A stretch of DNA of 64,000 nt from a candidate division FCPU426 bacterium (GTDB lineage Bacteria; Oederibacteriota; Muellerivitia; Muellerivitales; Muellerivitaceae), in contig CAVYSE010000028.1 in the NCBI GenBank assembly GCA_963771075.1, positions 192,001-256,000 on the forward strand, given 5' to 3'. Every line of letters starts with the position of its first letter. The stretch's first letter is position 1. Under the pieces are notes generated by a model. That model made no database searches and was not told the origin of the DNA. It worked only from the letters and a program-made list of their open reading frames with translations. Shown here one piece after another: positions 9,938 through 18,967 of the stretch. Both the position numbers and the translations under genes were made by a program.

Positions 9938-10921
9938 TCAATCCATCAAACGGCAGACGTCATCGATGAACTTGTTGCGGGAGGAAGGTTGATTTAAGCA
10001 GGTTTGAATCAACTGGGCAAGGGGAACGGGCGAGGCCGTCCCCAGGGCCCGCAGGACGATCGGCGCGTTTTGCGCCCCCTCGGGCAGGATGATACTCAAC
10101 CGGGCCAAGGCCTTTTCCGTCTCCACTCCCGTTCCCAACAGTTCCCCCAGCCGACGGTTATGGGAATCCCGGGAAAAACCGGTGGTGATCAAATCCCCCA
10201 AACCCGCCAGGCCGTCCAGCGTTTGGGGTTTGGCGCCCCAATGGGCCGCGGCGATTTTCATTTCACGCAAAGCGAGGGTCGCGAAGGCCGATTTCAGGTT
10301 GGCGGAGCCGTGGTTGAGCCCGTCCAAGAGGCCGAAGCCGATGGCGTAAATGTTCTTGAGCACTCCGCCGATCTCCACGCCAGCCATGTCCCCGCTCACC
10401 TCAACGTGGAAGTAGGGGTTGCGCAATACCTCTGCGGCCTTTTGGGCGTGGGAGAGTGCCCCCGCCACCACCACCGCGGTGGGCCTTTTCATGGCGAATT
10501 CATTCGCGATGGAAGGCCCCGACAGGGCCATGTAATTCTCGCTGGAGTGGGGGGAAGCGGTGGCGTAAACCTCGCTCATTCGCCGGCCCGTGCCCGGTTC
10601 CAGCCCCTTGGCGGCCCCCAGGACCAGGGCTTGGGGCACGGCGAAGGGGGAAAATTCTTTCACCACATTGGCGAAATAGGGGGAGGGAACGCATACGAGG
10701 ATGAGCTGGGCTTCCCGAACCACGTGGTGAAGCAGATGATCCGCGGTGATGGCGGGAGGCAGGGCGATTCCGGGAAGGAACCGCTGGTTGATGTGGTTCT
10801 TGCGGATATCCTCGACCACCTCGGGGATATGGTCCCAACAGGAAACCGTGTGGCCATTGTCGGCCAAAACCAGCGCCAGCGCGGTCCCCATGTTGCCTGT
10901 GCCGATGATCGCGGTTCGCAA
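9938..10921 (-). CDS. gpsA: NAD(P)H-dependent glycerol-3-phosphate dehydrogenase
   Basis: IGTGNMGTALA, AAKGLE, LSGPSIA, GGVLKNIYAI and GLAGLGDL..T..S..SHNR motifs. Confidence 0.95.
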   Translation of the reverse strand: MRTAIIGTGNMGTALALVLADNGHTVSCWDHIPEVVEDIRKNHINQRFLPGIALPPAITADHLLHHVVREAQLILVCVPSPYFANVVKEFSPFAVPQALVLGAAKGLEPGTGRRMSEVYATASPHSSENYMALSGPSIANEFAMKRPTAVVVAGALSHAQKAAEVLRNPYFHVEVSGDMAGVEIGGVLKNIYAIGFGLLDGLNHGSANLKSAFATLALREMKIAAAHWGAKPQTLDGLAGLGDLITTGFSRDSHNRRLGELLGTGVETEKALARLSIILPEGAQNAPIVLRALGTASPVPLAQLIQTCLNQPSSRNKFIDDVCRLMD

Positions 10922-10990
10922 GAGCCCTCCCGAAGGTATGACCGAAGAATTCCATTATAGCTTTGGCAGGAAGGAGGGGAGGCCTTTCTT

Positions 10991-11022
10991 AAAAAGAAAA
11001 GGCTCCCCGGCGCCGGGGAGCC
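10991..11022 (-). terminator. Rho-independent terminator after the large surface protein gene
   Basis: GGCTCCCCGG-CG-CCGGGGAGCC hairpin followed on the minus strand by TTTTCTTTTT. Confidence 0.8.
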
Positions 11023-11053
11023 CTAAAGGCTTCCAGTCAACTTCTAAAGAGTA

Positions 11054-14000
11054 TCAGTAATACATCACCGATAGGCGGCTGTTGTTGGAACCATCCGCGT
11101 AAGCCACGAAAGGCACGACGCCGTTGAAGGCCAAGCTAAGGAAAAGGTTCGTGTTCGGGGAAAAACTCGGATTTCCTACTGTCGACCAACTGCCGCCTGA
11201 ATAATCCATGACGGTAGCCTCATCGTTGCTATTGTTCGTAAAGGCCACATAGGGAACCCCGCTGGGGTTAAAGGCCAGGGCCACGTTTCCATAGGTGGCC
11301 GGGGAGAAATCCGCGCTTCCCACCGCCGACCAACTGCCTCCGTTATATTCCATCACGGTCAATTCATCGTTATTGCCGCTATCCTCGAAAGCCAGGTAGG
11401 GGGTATTACCGCTGTTGATGGCCAAAGAGGGGGATATGGCATTTGAAAAAACCGTTCCGCCTACTGTCGTCCAAGTCCCACCGGTATATTCCATTACCTT
11501 GCTCACAAATGAAGTCCCCGAACTTTCAAAGGCCACATAGGGGTTGCCGCTACCGTCGACAGCCAAGGAGGGGTAGAATCCAACCCCCACGGACGTCCCT
11601 CCCACCGTCACCCAATTGCCCCCGCTGTAATCCATCACATAGATCGTGGGCGTACCGGGGTTGGTATCATCCATAAAGGCCACATAGGGCGTCCCACCGC
11701 TCATGACCAGCGTCATCTCCTCCGCTGTGGCGGAAGAAAAATCCAAGCTTCCCACGTAGGACCAGCTCCCGCTATAAGCCATGACCGAGGGCTTGTAAGT
11801 GGCGTCCGAGAAAGCGACATAGGGCGTGTTGTTGTTAAAGGCCAAGGCGAGGCCCCCGTAAATGATTTGTGGCGAAAAATCAGGATTGCCGACCGTGACC
11901 CAGGTCCCCCCCACGTCCTCCACCACGGTGGCTTTATCGGAGTTGTTGTAATCGATAAAGGCTACGTAGGGGTTGTTATTACTGTCGAAAGCCAGTTGTC
12001 CCAATGTAACGCCCCCTGAGGTGAAGTCAGGGCTCCCTTCATAAGTCCAATATGCTCCCGTTGGGGTGGTTGTAGGAGTAACAGTCATGGTCGATGTCGG
12101 ATAATAAGTAACCGTGGGTGTGGGAGTGACGGTCCCGCAACTGATTGTAATGGAGACGGTATTGCTGGTCACCGGCGCCCCGCCGGGTAAATTGACGGTC
12201 GCGTTGTCGGACACAACCTGGCAAAGATCCGATCCCTGCAGGTAATAAGCGGTCAAGAGGAAGGTTATCGGCGCGCAATAACCCGCCGGGAGGTTGTCGA
12301 GCGTAAAAGTCAGGTTAGGCATCTCTTCGGATATAGGGCTCAGGGTAACGGTCGAGGAACCAACTGTTTCAGTCCAGGTACTATAGGGCCCGAAGTACGA
12401 CCAGCTCAGCGGATTGGTGATGTTATCCGTCACCGTCACCCCCATGGCGGGTCCTGTCGATCCGGCGCTGTTGCAAACATTCATGATGAAGGTTATGGGC
12501 GTCCCGTTTTCCATATAACCCGAAGTGGGGCCTAAAGTAGTTTTACTGATGGTCAAGGACACTCCCGGGGTCGGGGTGGACGTCACCGTGAAAGTGGGAG
12601 TAATCGTAACGGAAGAAAGAAGTTGGATATAGGTCAGGGCGTTAGATGTCGCATTCCCGGAGGGCCAGCTGACCGCGCCCTGGTTCACTAAGGTGATACC
12701 GGTACTTCCAAGGACATCGTAATACTGGATCAATTGTGCCGTCATCGTAACGCACCCGGTCCCCAAACTCGGGAACACGAGGGTGTTGTCGCTGGCCGTA
12801 GGCTCGTTCCCCAGACCGTTCATGGGGGTGAAATAACACAAGGTATAGGGTTGGATCGAGTCCCCATAACCCCAACACCCGAAACCAAAGGAATTGGCAC
12901 CTGTGAAATTCTCTGAAATGTTATCTACGACTGTAGTGGGCCCCGTCGTGACCGGCCCGCCCGAGTTGCATAAGGCGAGACTGTAGTTGATGGTCACGGT
13001 ATTATTTGAGGTATTGGTGACCGCGCTGGCCATGGTTTCGGAAAGGGTAAGGTTGGGCGGTCCCAGAAGATTATGGGATTGAGGAATAGTCGCGCATTGC
13101 CGCCAGAAGAGAGCGCCCGTCGAATTGGAGGGGGAGTAATCCCCCGAGCAATTGTTCGAGATAAATGGCAGGTCGGCTCCACTGGTAGGATCGAAAAGAG
13201 TGTTGGCCCATGTAGAGATTGTCACGCCGCTGGAGCAATAGCTAGTGCTGAAACTACCGCCTGTATAGGCTGGGCTGTACCAGGGATTTCCGCTCCCATC
13301 GCTCGCCGGAACAGGCGCAGGGTTTCCAGTAGCTACATAATCCACCGAGATGCCAGTTCCCGAGCTGGTAATCTCCGAATGTCCTCCGCTGGAACAAGTG
13401 ACATCCAGATCCCATGCGGAATAGTTGTTATTGGGGCTGGTGTTTTGGGTTTCAATGGCCAAACAGACTTCGGAGCCCGTCAAGAGGGCGGTCGGCACGC
13501 TCATGCAGGTTGGATTGGCCACGCCGCTGGTTCCAGGCGCGCCAGCGTAGGGGAAGGTCCCAATCAGGGTTCCCCCGATATAAACGACGGAATAGTCGTC
13601 GCTTGACACGCAGATTGAGGCGGCGACGGGACTGCAAAGCGAGGAAGCCGGGGTGGAAGTTACAGTGGGGGTTACCGAGTCTGTCACTGTGGCCGTTGTG
13701 GAAGGAGTGGAACTAATGGTGGCCGTCGGCGTGGCTCCCGCAGGGCAATAATTCGCGTAGATCAAAAAATCACCCGGGTAAGTGGAGGTCACGGAAAAGG
13801 TCGAGGGGAAAGGCCCAAAGGTGACATTATCTAAAACCCCGGCGTTGGGGTTCGAATCACCGACATAACCCAGGTCCAGCGTAGAGCTAGGAGGCCCGAT
13901 GTTGGAAATCTCCCCTTGGGCCGCCAGCCAATAGTTTCCCGCCGCCAAAAAAGTCGGCGTAATGGGGGCATACTGCCACGTTTGGCCATAAACAAAGGAA

Positions 14001-14128
14001 ACGGGGTTGGACTGGACGATGAGGGTTCCGGGTCCCGAACCCGTATCCGAATAGATCGCCATGCTCACTTGCCCCAGGGGGTTGGGATAGGGAGTCGCAA
14101 AGGGGATTTGGGCCACGAGTTCGTTCAC
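11054..14128 (-). CDS. C-terminal part of a large modular surface protein (T/P linkers, Ig/DUF11-like domains, 7-blade beta-propeller)
   Basis: Seven P(Y/F)(V/L)A(F/Y)...W..VG repeats at the C-terminus. The frame stays open upstream to ~14275, so it probably joins the upstream ORF. Confidence 0.8.
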   Translation of the reverse strand: MNELVAQIPFATPYPNPLGQVSMAIYSDTGSGPGTLIVQSNPVSFVYGQTWQYAPITPTFLAAGNYWLAAQGEISNIGPPSSTLDLGYVGDSNPNAGVLDNVTFGPFPSTFSVTSTYPGDFLIYANYCPAGATPTATISSTPSTTATVTDSVTPTVTSTPASSLCSPVAASICVSSDDYSVVYIGGTLIGTFPYAGAPGTSGVANPTCMSVPTALLTGSEVCLAIETQNTSPNNNYSAWDLDVTCSSGGHSEITSSGTGISVDYVATGNPAPVPASDGSGNPWYSPAYTGGSFSTSYCSSGVTISTWANTLFDPTSGADLPFISNNCSGDYSPSNSTGALFWRQCATIPQSHNLLGPPNLTLSETMASAVTNTSNNTVTINYSLALCNSGGPVTTGPTTVVDNISENFTGANSFGFGCWGYGDSIQPYTLCYFTPMNGLGNEPTASDNTLVFPSLGTGCVTMTAQLIQYYDVLGSTGITLVNQGAVSWPSGNATSNALTYIQLLSSVTITPTFTVTSTPTPGVSLTISKTTLGPTSGYMENGTPITFIMNVCNSAGSTGPAMGVTVTDNITNPLSWSYFGPYSTWTETVGSSTVTLSPISEEMPNLTFTLDNLPAGYCAPITFLLTAYYLQGSDLCQVVSDNATVNLPGGAPVTSNTVSITISCGTVTPTPTVTYYPTSTMTVTPTTTPTGAYWTYEGSPDFTSGGVTLGQLAFDSNNNPYVAFIDYNNSDKATVVEDVGGTWVTVGNPDFSPQIIYGGLALAFNNNTPYVAFSDATYKPSVMAYSGSWSYVGSLDFSSATAEEMTLVMSGGTPYVAFMDDTNPGTPTIYVMDYSGGNWVTVGGTSVGVGFYPSLAVDGSGNPYVAFESSGTSFVSKVMEYTGGTWTTVGGTVFSNAISPSLAINSGNTPYLAFEDSGNNDELTVMEYNGGSWSAVGSADFSPATYGNVALAFNPSGVPYVAFTNNSNDEATVMDYSGGSWSTVGNPSFSPNTNLFLSLAFNGVVPFVAYADGSNNSRLSVMYY

Positions 14129-16335
14129 TAAGGCTCCCTGGGGCAGGCTGTATTTGGTGGAGGCGATATTCGACCCCAGGATGGTTCCATAAATACCAAT
14201 AAGGGTATTAACGGATGCTGCGGGATTAGCGCCAAAAGTGGTTGAGGGTCCGGAACAGGGGGGAGGGTAGGCGTATTAACCACTGTTGAATCCAACACGG
14301 GTGTGACTGTGACGGTGGGAGTTATGGTCATGGTCAAGGTGGGGATCGAGGAAGTTTGGGTTAACGTCGCAAGGGGCGTACCTGATAGTGGACAGCCCGA
14401 GGTGTATATCGAAAATAGGTTGCCGGTCGGGCCGGGTGTCGTCACCACCGTTATTTGGGCCGGTATGGATGAATAATTAACTACAACGCCGGCTGAGGTC
14501 ATAACCGCTCCGGTAACGCCGGATGAAAAGAGAATGCCCGCTTTATCGGTGACAAAACCCAACCAAACGTAGGCACCCGCATTCACCGTGACGGGTTGGG
14601 TCAGGGGGGCGGTCATCCATCCTGAACCCACAAAGAGCAGGGGCCCGGTTTGCCCTAAGAGAGAGGTGGGCCCGGTGCCGCTTCCGTTATCGGCATAGAC
14701 CGCTAAATTGAAATCCGTGTAAGTGGCGCCGTAGAGGGGGCTGAAATAGGTGGACATGGTCTGAAGGGTCATGTTTTCAGGTATTTGGAAACGGTTTAAA
14801 TAAAGATCACCGATGACGCTATTCGATGAGGTCTCTGGGTTGACATCGCCCACATTCACCGAACCTGGGCAAAGCGTATAGGTACTCACGGGCGTGTTCA
14901 CCAGGAGAGTGGATGTCGGAGTGACGGTGTTTGTGAAAGTGGTGGTCATGGTGACGGTCCCCTCGACGGTGGGAGTCGCCGTATTCGTAAGGGTAGGTGT
15001 TAGTGTGTTCGCCAGGGTGGCCTGGGGAGACCCCGTCGGGGTGGGCGTGGTGGTATTCGTGGCACCCGAGGGGCAGAACTCCAAGTACATACCCAAATAA
15101 CCTGTGTTGGAGGTGTCACTTCCCGCGTAAGAATAAATGCTTCCGGTATTCTGAGTCAGGTAGGAACCCATCAAACTATCCCCCCCCATCACAATCCCAG
15201 TTCCCAAGGGCTGGATCGCCAGCCAATAACTCGAGCTTGAGTCAACAACCGGGTTATTAATGGCAATGGTGTTCCAGGCTTGTATGGACGAAGTGTTACC
15301 TCCAAAGGCCAAAGCCGTACCCGGCTGGCCTCCGTTATCCGAATAAAGTGCCATCGAGACACCCGCCCCTGGGTTATAAGAAAAGTAATGCAAGACTGGA
15401 ACCGTCCCAGACATTCCAGAGCCAATACTCATGAAATAAACTTCCCCGTTTACCATGGAGATCGGCGAGCTGTAATAAGGTTCGCCTCTCCAATTCCCTC
15501 CAGTGCACACAACGGTGGGCATGTAAACCGTCGTGGTGTTCGTCAAGGTCGCCGTGGTCGTCACCAATGGAGTGGGAGTTAAGGTGGCGGAAAAGAGAGG
15601 CGTGGAGGTGGACGTGATGGTCAAGAAAGAGACGGCGGAGGAAGTGAGGGTGGCCGTCGGGGTCACTGAATGGGTTTGGGTAACCGACGGGGTGACAGTG
15701 GATGTCAGGGTCGCGGGTTGGGTAGGCGTGGGGGTGATAGTCGAAGTCGCGGTAATGGTGTAGGTGGGGGTGGTCGATAAGCAGGGCACGGTCAGGGTCA
15801 CGGGGATGGTGAGGAAATACCCCGCGGAATTCCAAGACACGCTATTGAAGATCACGGAGGACTGGCAGTCGTTGTTCGGGTAATAATAGTTTTCCAACAA
15901 TTGGGTGATGGTCACGCAGGCACCCGCGGCGAGGCCGCTGGGGAAAACCATGGTCGTCCCACTGGCGTTGGGGTTCGGGGAGGTTCCCGTGGAATAGGGA
16001 AAAGTTCCGTTGAAACCCCATCCCAGGAACTGAAACCCGCCGTTATTGGCGGGCATGGTCTCGACCACCGTAACAGGTACCGTGACGGCAGCCCCGCTAT
16101 TGCAAAGACCCATGCACAAGGTGATGGCCAGGCTGGAACCCGAGGTAACGGCACCCCCGCAGGGGTAATACATCAAAGAAACCCCCAAACTGGGGACAAC
16201 CGGGGTGTAGGCGACGGTAGCAGTTGGCGATTGGTTGGTGGGTTGGGTGGGTAATATGGATCGGTTACAGCTGATGCTGCCCAGAATCGCCAGGCCGACA
16301 AACATAAACAACGAGGAGATATTAAGCTTTGACAT
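14128..16335 (-). CDS. N-terminal part of a large Thr/Pro-rich surface lipoprotein (frameshift at ~14260)
   Basis: SD GGAGG before ATG 16335, signal ending LGSISC, T/P linkers and repeated A(L/V/I)Y(S/A)D.G..P domains also present in the downstream ORF. Confidence 0.8.
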   Translation of the reverse strand: MSKLNISSLFMFVGLAILGSISCNRSILPTQPTNQSPTATVAYTPVVPSLGVSLMYYPCGGAVTSGSSLAITLCMGLCNSGAAVTVPVTVVETMPANNGGFQFLGWGFNGTFPYSTGTSPNPNASGTTMVFPSGLAAGACVTITQLLENYYYPNNDCQSSVIFNSVSWNSAGYFLTIPVTLTVPCLSTTPTYTITATSTITPTPTQPATLTSTVTPSVTQTHSVTPTATLTSSAVSFLTITSTSTPLFSATLTPTPLVTTTATLTNTTTVYMPTVVCTGGNWRGEPYYSSPISMVNGEVYFMSIGSGMSGTVPVLHYFSYNPGAGVSMALYSDNGGQPGTALAFGGNTSSIQAWNTIAINNPVVDSSSSYWLAIQPLGTGIVMGGDSLMGSYLTQNTGSIYSYAGSDTSNTGYLGMYLEFCPSGATNTTTPTPTGSPQATLANTLTPTLTNTATPTVEGTVTMTTTFTNTVTPTSTLLVNTPVSTYTLCPGSVNVGDVNPETSSNSVIGDLYLNRFQIPENMTLQTMSTYFSPLYGATYTDFNLAVYADNGSGTGPTSLLGQTGPLLFVGSGWMTAPLTQPVTVNAGAYVWLGFVTDKAGILFSSGVTGAVMTSAGVVVNYSSIPAQITVVTTPGPTGNLFSIYTSGCPLSGTPLATLTQTSSIPTLTMTITPTVTVTPVLDSTVVNTPTLPPVPDPQPLLALIPQHPLIPLLVFMEPSWGRISPPPNTACPREP

Positions 16336-16632
16336 CGATGCCTCCAAAACCATATTACCAGTTTTCAAGATTTCCCCTGCCTTATAGCGTTATCCAGTGG
16401 CCTTTTATTCCAAATTTCATTACCTAAACTTTTTTCAGGGATTTCACCATAAAAACAGCCCTTTATAGTGATTGATGAGGACTTTTTATTTCATTCAAAC
16501 CAAAAATATTCTTATGGTTTTTCACATCCACAAAGGCCGGTGTGCTTTTAATATATGGAAGGACCCTAAGTTTTATCGGACGGGTTGAACCCCTCCCGGC
16601 TTATGGACCCCATTTATCCTTTGGATCGGCTT

Positions 16633-16995
16633 ATGAAACCACCATTCTTTAAAACCTGGGTTTGGCTTTTTCTTTTCCTTCTGACCGCGCTGTCCACCTC
16701 TGCCCTGCAAACTCCCGCTACTGGAACCTGTTTTGTTTACCCCTCCCCAGCCACCGGAAACCAGGCCTATGTGGTTTTCAACATGCCCCAAAGCGGGACC
16801 GCGACGGTTTGGGTCTACAACGAGGCCGGAGACCTGGCGACCGTGGTGGATCAATATGAAACGGCGGGTGTTCAGCAAACCTCGCTGGACCTCACCTACT
16901 TCCATCGGGGGATTTATCTCTGCCGGGTGACGCTTAACTTTGACGCGGGAGGAAACCAAACACTTCCCATTTTCAAGTTCATGGTTCGCCGTTGA
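16633..16995 (+). CDS. Small secreted protein made only of a T9SS type-A CTD-like domain
   Basis: Signal peptide followed by FVYPSPA...VWVYNEAGD...LD....RGIYLCRV...FKFMVRR, matching the YPNP/IY..G/G.Y/K.. CTD pattern. Confidence 0.7.
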   Translation: MKPPFFKTWVWLFLFLLTALSTSALQTPATGTCFVYPSPATGNQAYVVFNMPQSGTATVWVYNEAGDLATVVDQYETAGVQQTSLDLTYFHRGIYLCRVTLNFDAGGNQTLPIFKFMVRR

Positions 16996-18335
16996 TCTAC
17001 CAGCGGGTTTTCTCCCGGTTCCGAAGAAACTGTTTTTCCATACTTCTGGTAACGCTATTTCTTTTAGTGCCGCTGAAGCCCGCTCAATCCACGGTATACA
17101 GCACTTCGGAACTGCCGGATCCCTTGGAAGATGTGGGCCATTCTCCCCGGGCCGCTGCCATGGCCTCGGCCTTCACCGCCTCCCAAGGCACGGCCGATTC
17201 CATCTATTGGAACCCCGCCGGATTGGCGACTATTCCAACGTTCCAACTCTCACTCGTCCACCAAAGCTGGTACAGCGGAATTTTCAGGGAAAATATCACG
17301 GCCGCTTTTCCCGTCAATGATTTCGGCTCGTTCGGGTTGGGCGCGGATTACACCGGTTTCGGCACCCTTCAGGGCTATGACGGCAACGGCGACCCCACCA
17401 CCTCCTACCAACCCTACCGTTATTCCCTTTCCATTGGATGGGGAACCCAGATTATCCCTTCCCTCGCGGCCGGGTGGGTCGCCACGAGCCGTATGGATTT
17501 TCAATCCTCCGATGATCAATCCCTTTCCGGCTATCTTTCAGCCGGGTTTTTGTGGTGCCCATGGACCCCCTTCCGCGTGGGTGCCTTTTATTCCTTCCTG
17601 AATTCGGACGCTTTAGCCGGGATGGGCCTGCTCAAAATAGGCGGTTCCTGGTCCCCTGTTTTACTCAAGGATAGCCCCACCTTGTTTCTTTTGGATTTTT
17701 CCCTTCCCCCCTATGGGGTCTATTCCCTTCAAGGGGGGATGGAACAGAATCTCTGGGAAAACTTTTACGCCCGTGCGGGTTACCAGTGGGAATGGGACAA
17801 TAACGAAATCCCCGGTTTAAGGGGCATCACGGCCGGGGTGGGCATCCGTTTGGAGGACTGGGGATTGGATTACGCCTTTATTCCCTACGGCGACCTGGGC
17901 ACTTCCCAAACCCTGGGTTTGACCTATTTTTTCCCAGCCCCATTGGCTTCTCCCGCGATTCCCGCCTCTCCCCTACCCCCGAAACCCAAAACCACGATTG
18001 CACCCGGCGCGGCCTTTAAACCGGCCGAATCCCTGCTTCCGGGCGACAAATTGGTCAATGTGCAGGTTAATATCCAGCTGCCCCAAGACTCGGGTGAAGA
18101 GCCCCCCAGCCCGGTAGACCCCCAAATAAAGGAAGCCATTAGCCTGTTGGTTCAACAAGTGTCTAAAAATCCAAAGGATCCACAGGGCTGGAATAACTTG
18201 GGTAACCTATACTGGAAGATAGGCCGGAAGGATTTCGCGGCCCAATGTTTCGAGGAAATTCTCCAGTTACAACCTGCCAACCAGGCCCTGAAAGACTGGC
18301 TGGATCATTACAAAAAAGCGCATGCCAACAACTAA
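16992..18335 (+). CDS. PorV/PorQ-family outer-membrane barrel with Pro-rich linker and C-terminal TPR
   Basis: SPRAAAMASAFTA...SIYWNPAGLA, LSLVHQSW, GITAGVG and LDYAFIPYGDLGTSQ motifs; TPR DPQGWNNLGNLY. 4-nt overlap with the upstream gene. Confidence 0.8.
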   Translation: MIYQRVFSRFRRNCFSILLVTLFLLVPLKPAQSTVYSTSELPDPLEDVGHSPRAAAMASAFTASQGTADSIYWNPAGLATIPTFQLSLVHQSWYSGIFRENITAAFPVNDFGSFGLGADYTGFGTLQGYDGNGDPTTSYQPYRYSLSIGWGTQIIPSLAAGWVATSRMDFQSSDDQSLSGYLSAGFLWCPWTPFRVGAFYSFLNSDALAGMGLLKIGGSWSPVLLKDSPTLFLLDFSLPPYGVYSLQGGMEQNLWENFYARAGYQWEWDNNEIPGLRGITAGVGIRLEDWGLDYAFIPYGDLGTSQTLGLTYFFPAPLASPAIPASPLPPKPKTTIAPGAAFKPAESLLPGDKLVNVQVNIQLPQDSGEEPPSPVDPQIKEAISLLVQQVSKNPKDPQGWNNLGNLYWKIGRKDFAAQCFEEILQLQPANQALKDWLDHYKKAHANN

Positions 18336-18388
18336 CCCGGGGATGCGAATAAAATGCCCCCCCGCGACACTATAAGGAAAGGGTAGAA

Positions 18389-18967
18389 ATGCCAGAGGAA
18401 AAGGACCTGGTCCAGCGAATCCTCTCGGGTGACCGGGAGGCCCAAGACCTCTTCTACCGTGAATACTCCCACCGGTTGTTCCCGGTCTGCGTGCATTTCC
18501 TTGGAACGGGCGATTCGGACGCCGAGGATGTCGTGCAAGACACCTTCCTGGTCGCCTGGCGCAAACTCGGGGGTTTCCGCTTCGAATCGAGCCTTTACAC
18601 CTGGCTCAACCATATCTGCGTGAACCTCTGTTACGAAAGGCTCCGGAAACGCAAAAAAAACCTGGTTTCACTTGAAGAGGACCTGGAAAAGCTAACCCAG
18701 CCCCACAAGGGCTGGGTTCAAAAGAAGAAAGCCGAGGAGGAAGACGAGGAAAAAAAGGCCCTTTTGGTCCGGCTCAATCGGATCATCGATTCGATGGGAG
18801 AAAATTGCAGGCAGATACTGGTCCTGCGGGACCGCGAGGGGCAAAGCTACATCGATTTGGCCAGGAACTTAAAAATCCCGCCCGGAACGGTGATGTCCCA
18901 ACTGGCCCGGTGCCGGAAGGCCGTGTGGCATTTGATGCGAAATGAATTAAAGGAAGCGAAACCGTGA
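18389..18967 (+). CDS. ECF sigma-70 family RNA polymerase sigma factor
   Basis: DAEDVVQDTF..AW, SLYTWL..I..N and region 4 GTVMSQLARCR. Confidence 0.93.
   Translation: MPEEKDLVQRILSGDREAQDLFYREYSHRLFPVCVHFLGTGDSDAEDVVQDTFLVAWRKLGGFRFESSLYTWLNHICVNLCYERLRKRKKNLVSLEEDLEKLTQPHKGWVQKKKAEEEDEEKKALLVRLNRIIDSMGENCRQILVLRDREGQSYIDLARNLKIPPGTVMSQLARCRKAVWHLMRNELKEAKP

Noticed and set aside
10004..10960. 318-aa plus-strand ORF
   Set aside because: Antisense to gpsA.
11054..12055. ~140-nt periodic repeats as a CRISPR or non-coding array
   Set aside because: They are degenerate protein-coding propeller blades; no identical direct repeats and no cas genes.
14240..14275. Programmed -1 ribosomal frameshift
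   Set aside because: No canonical A/U-rich slippery heptamer or clear stimulator; homopolymer slippage or error is preferred.
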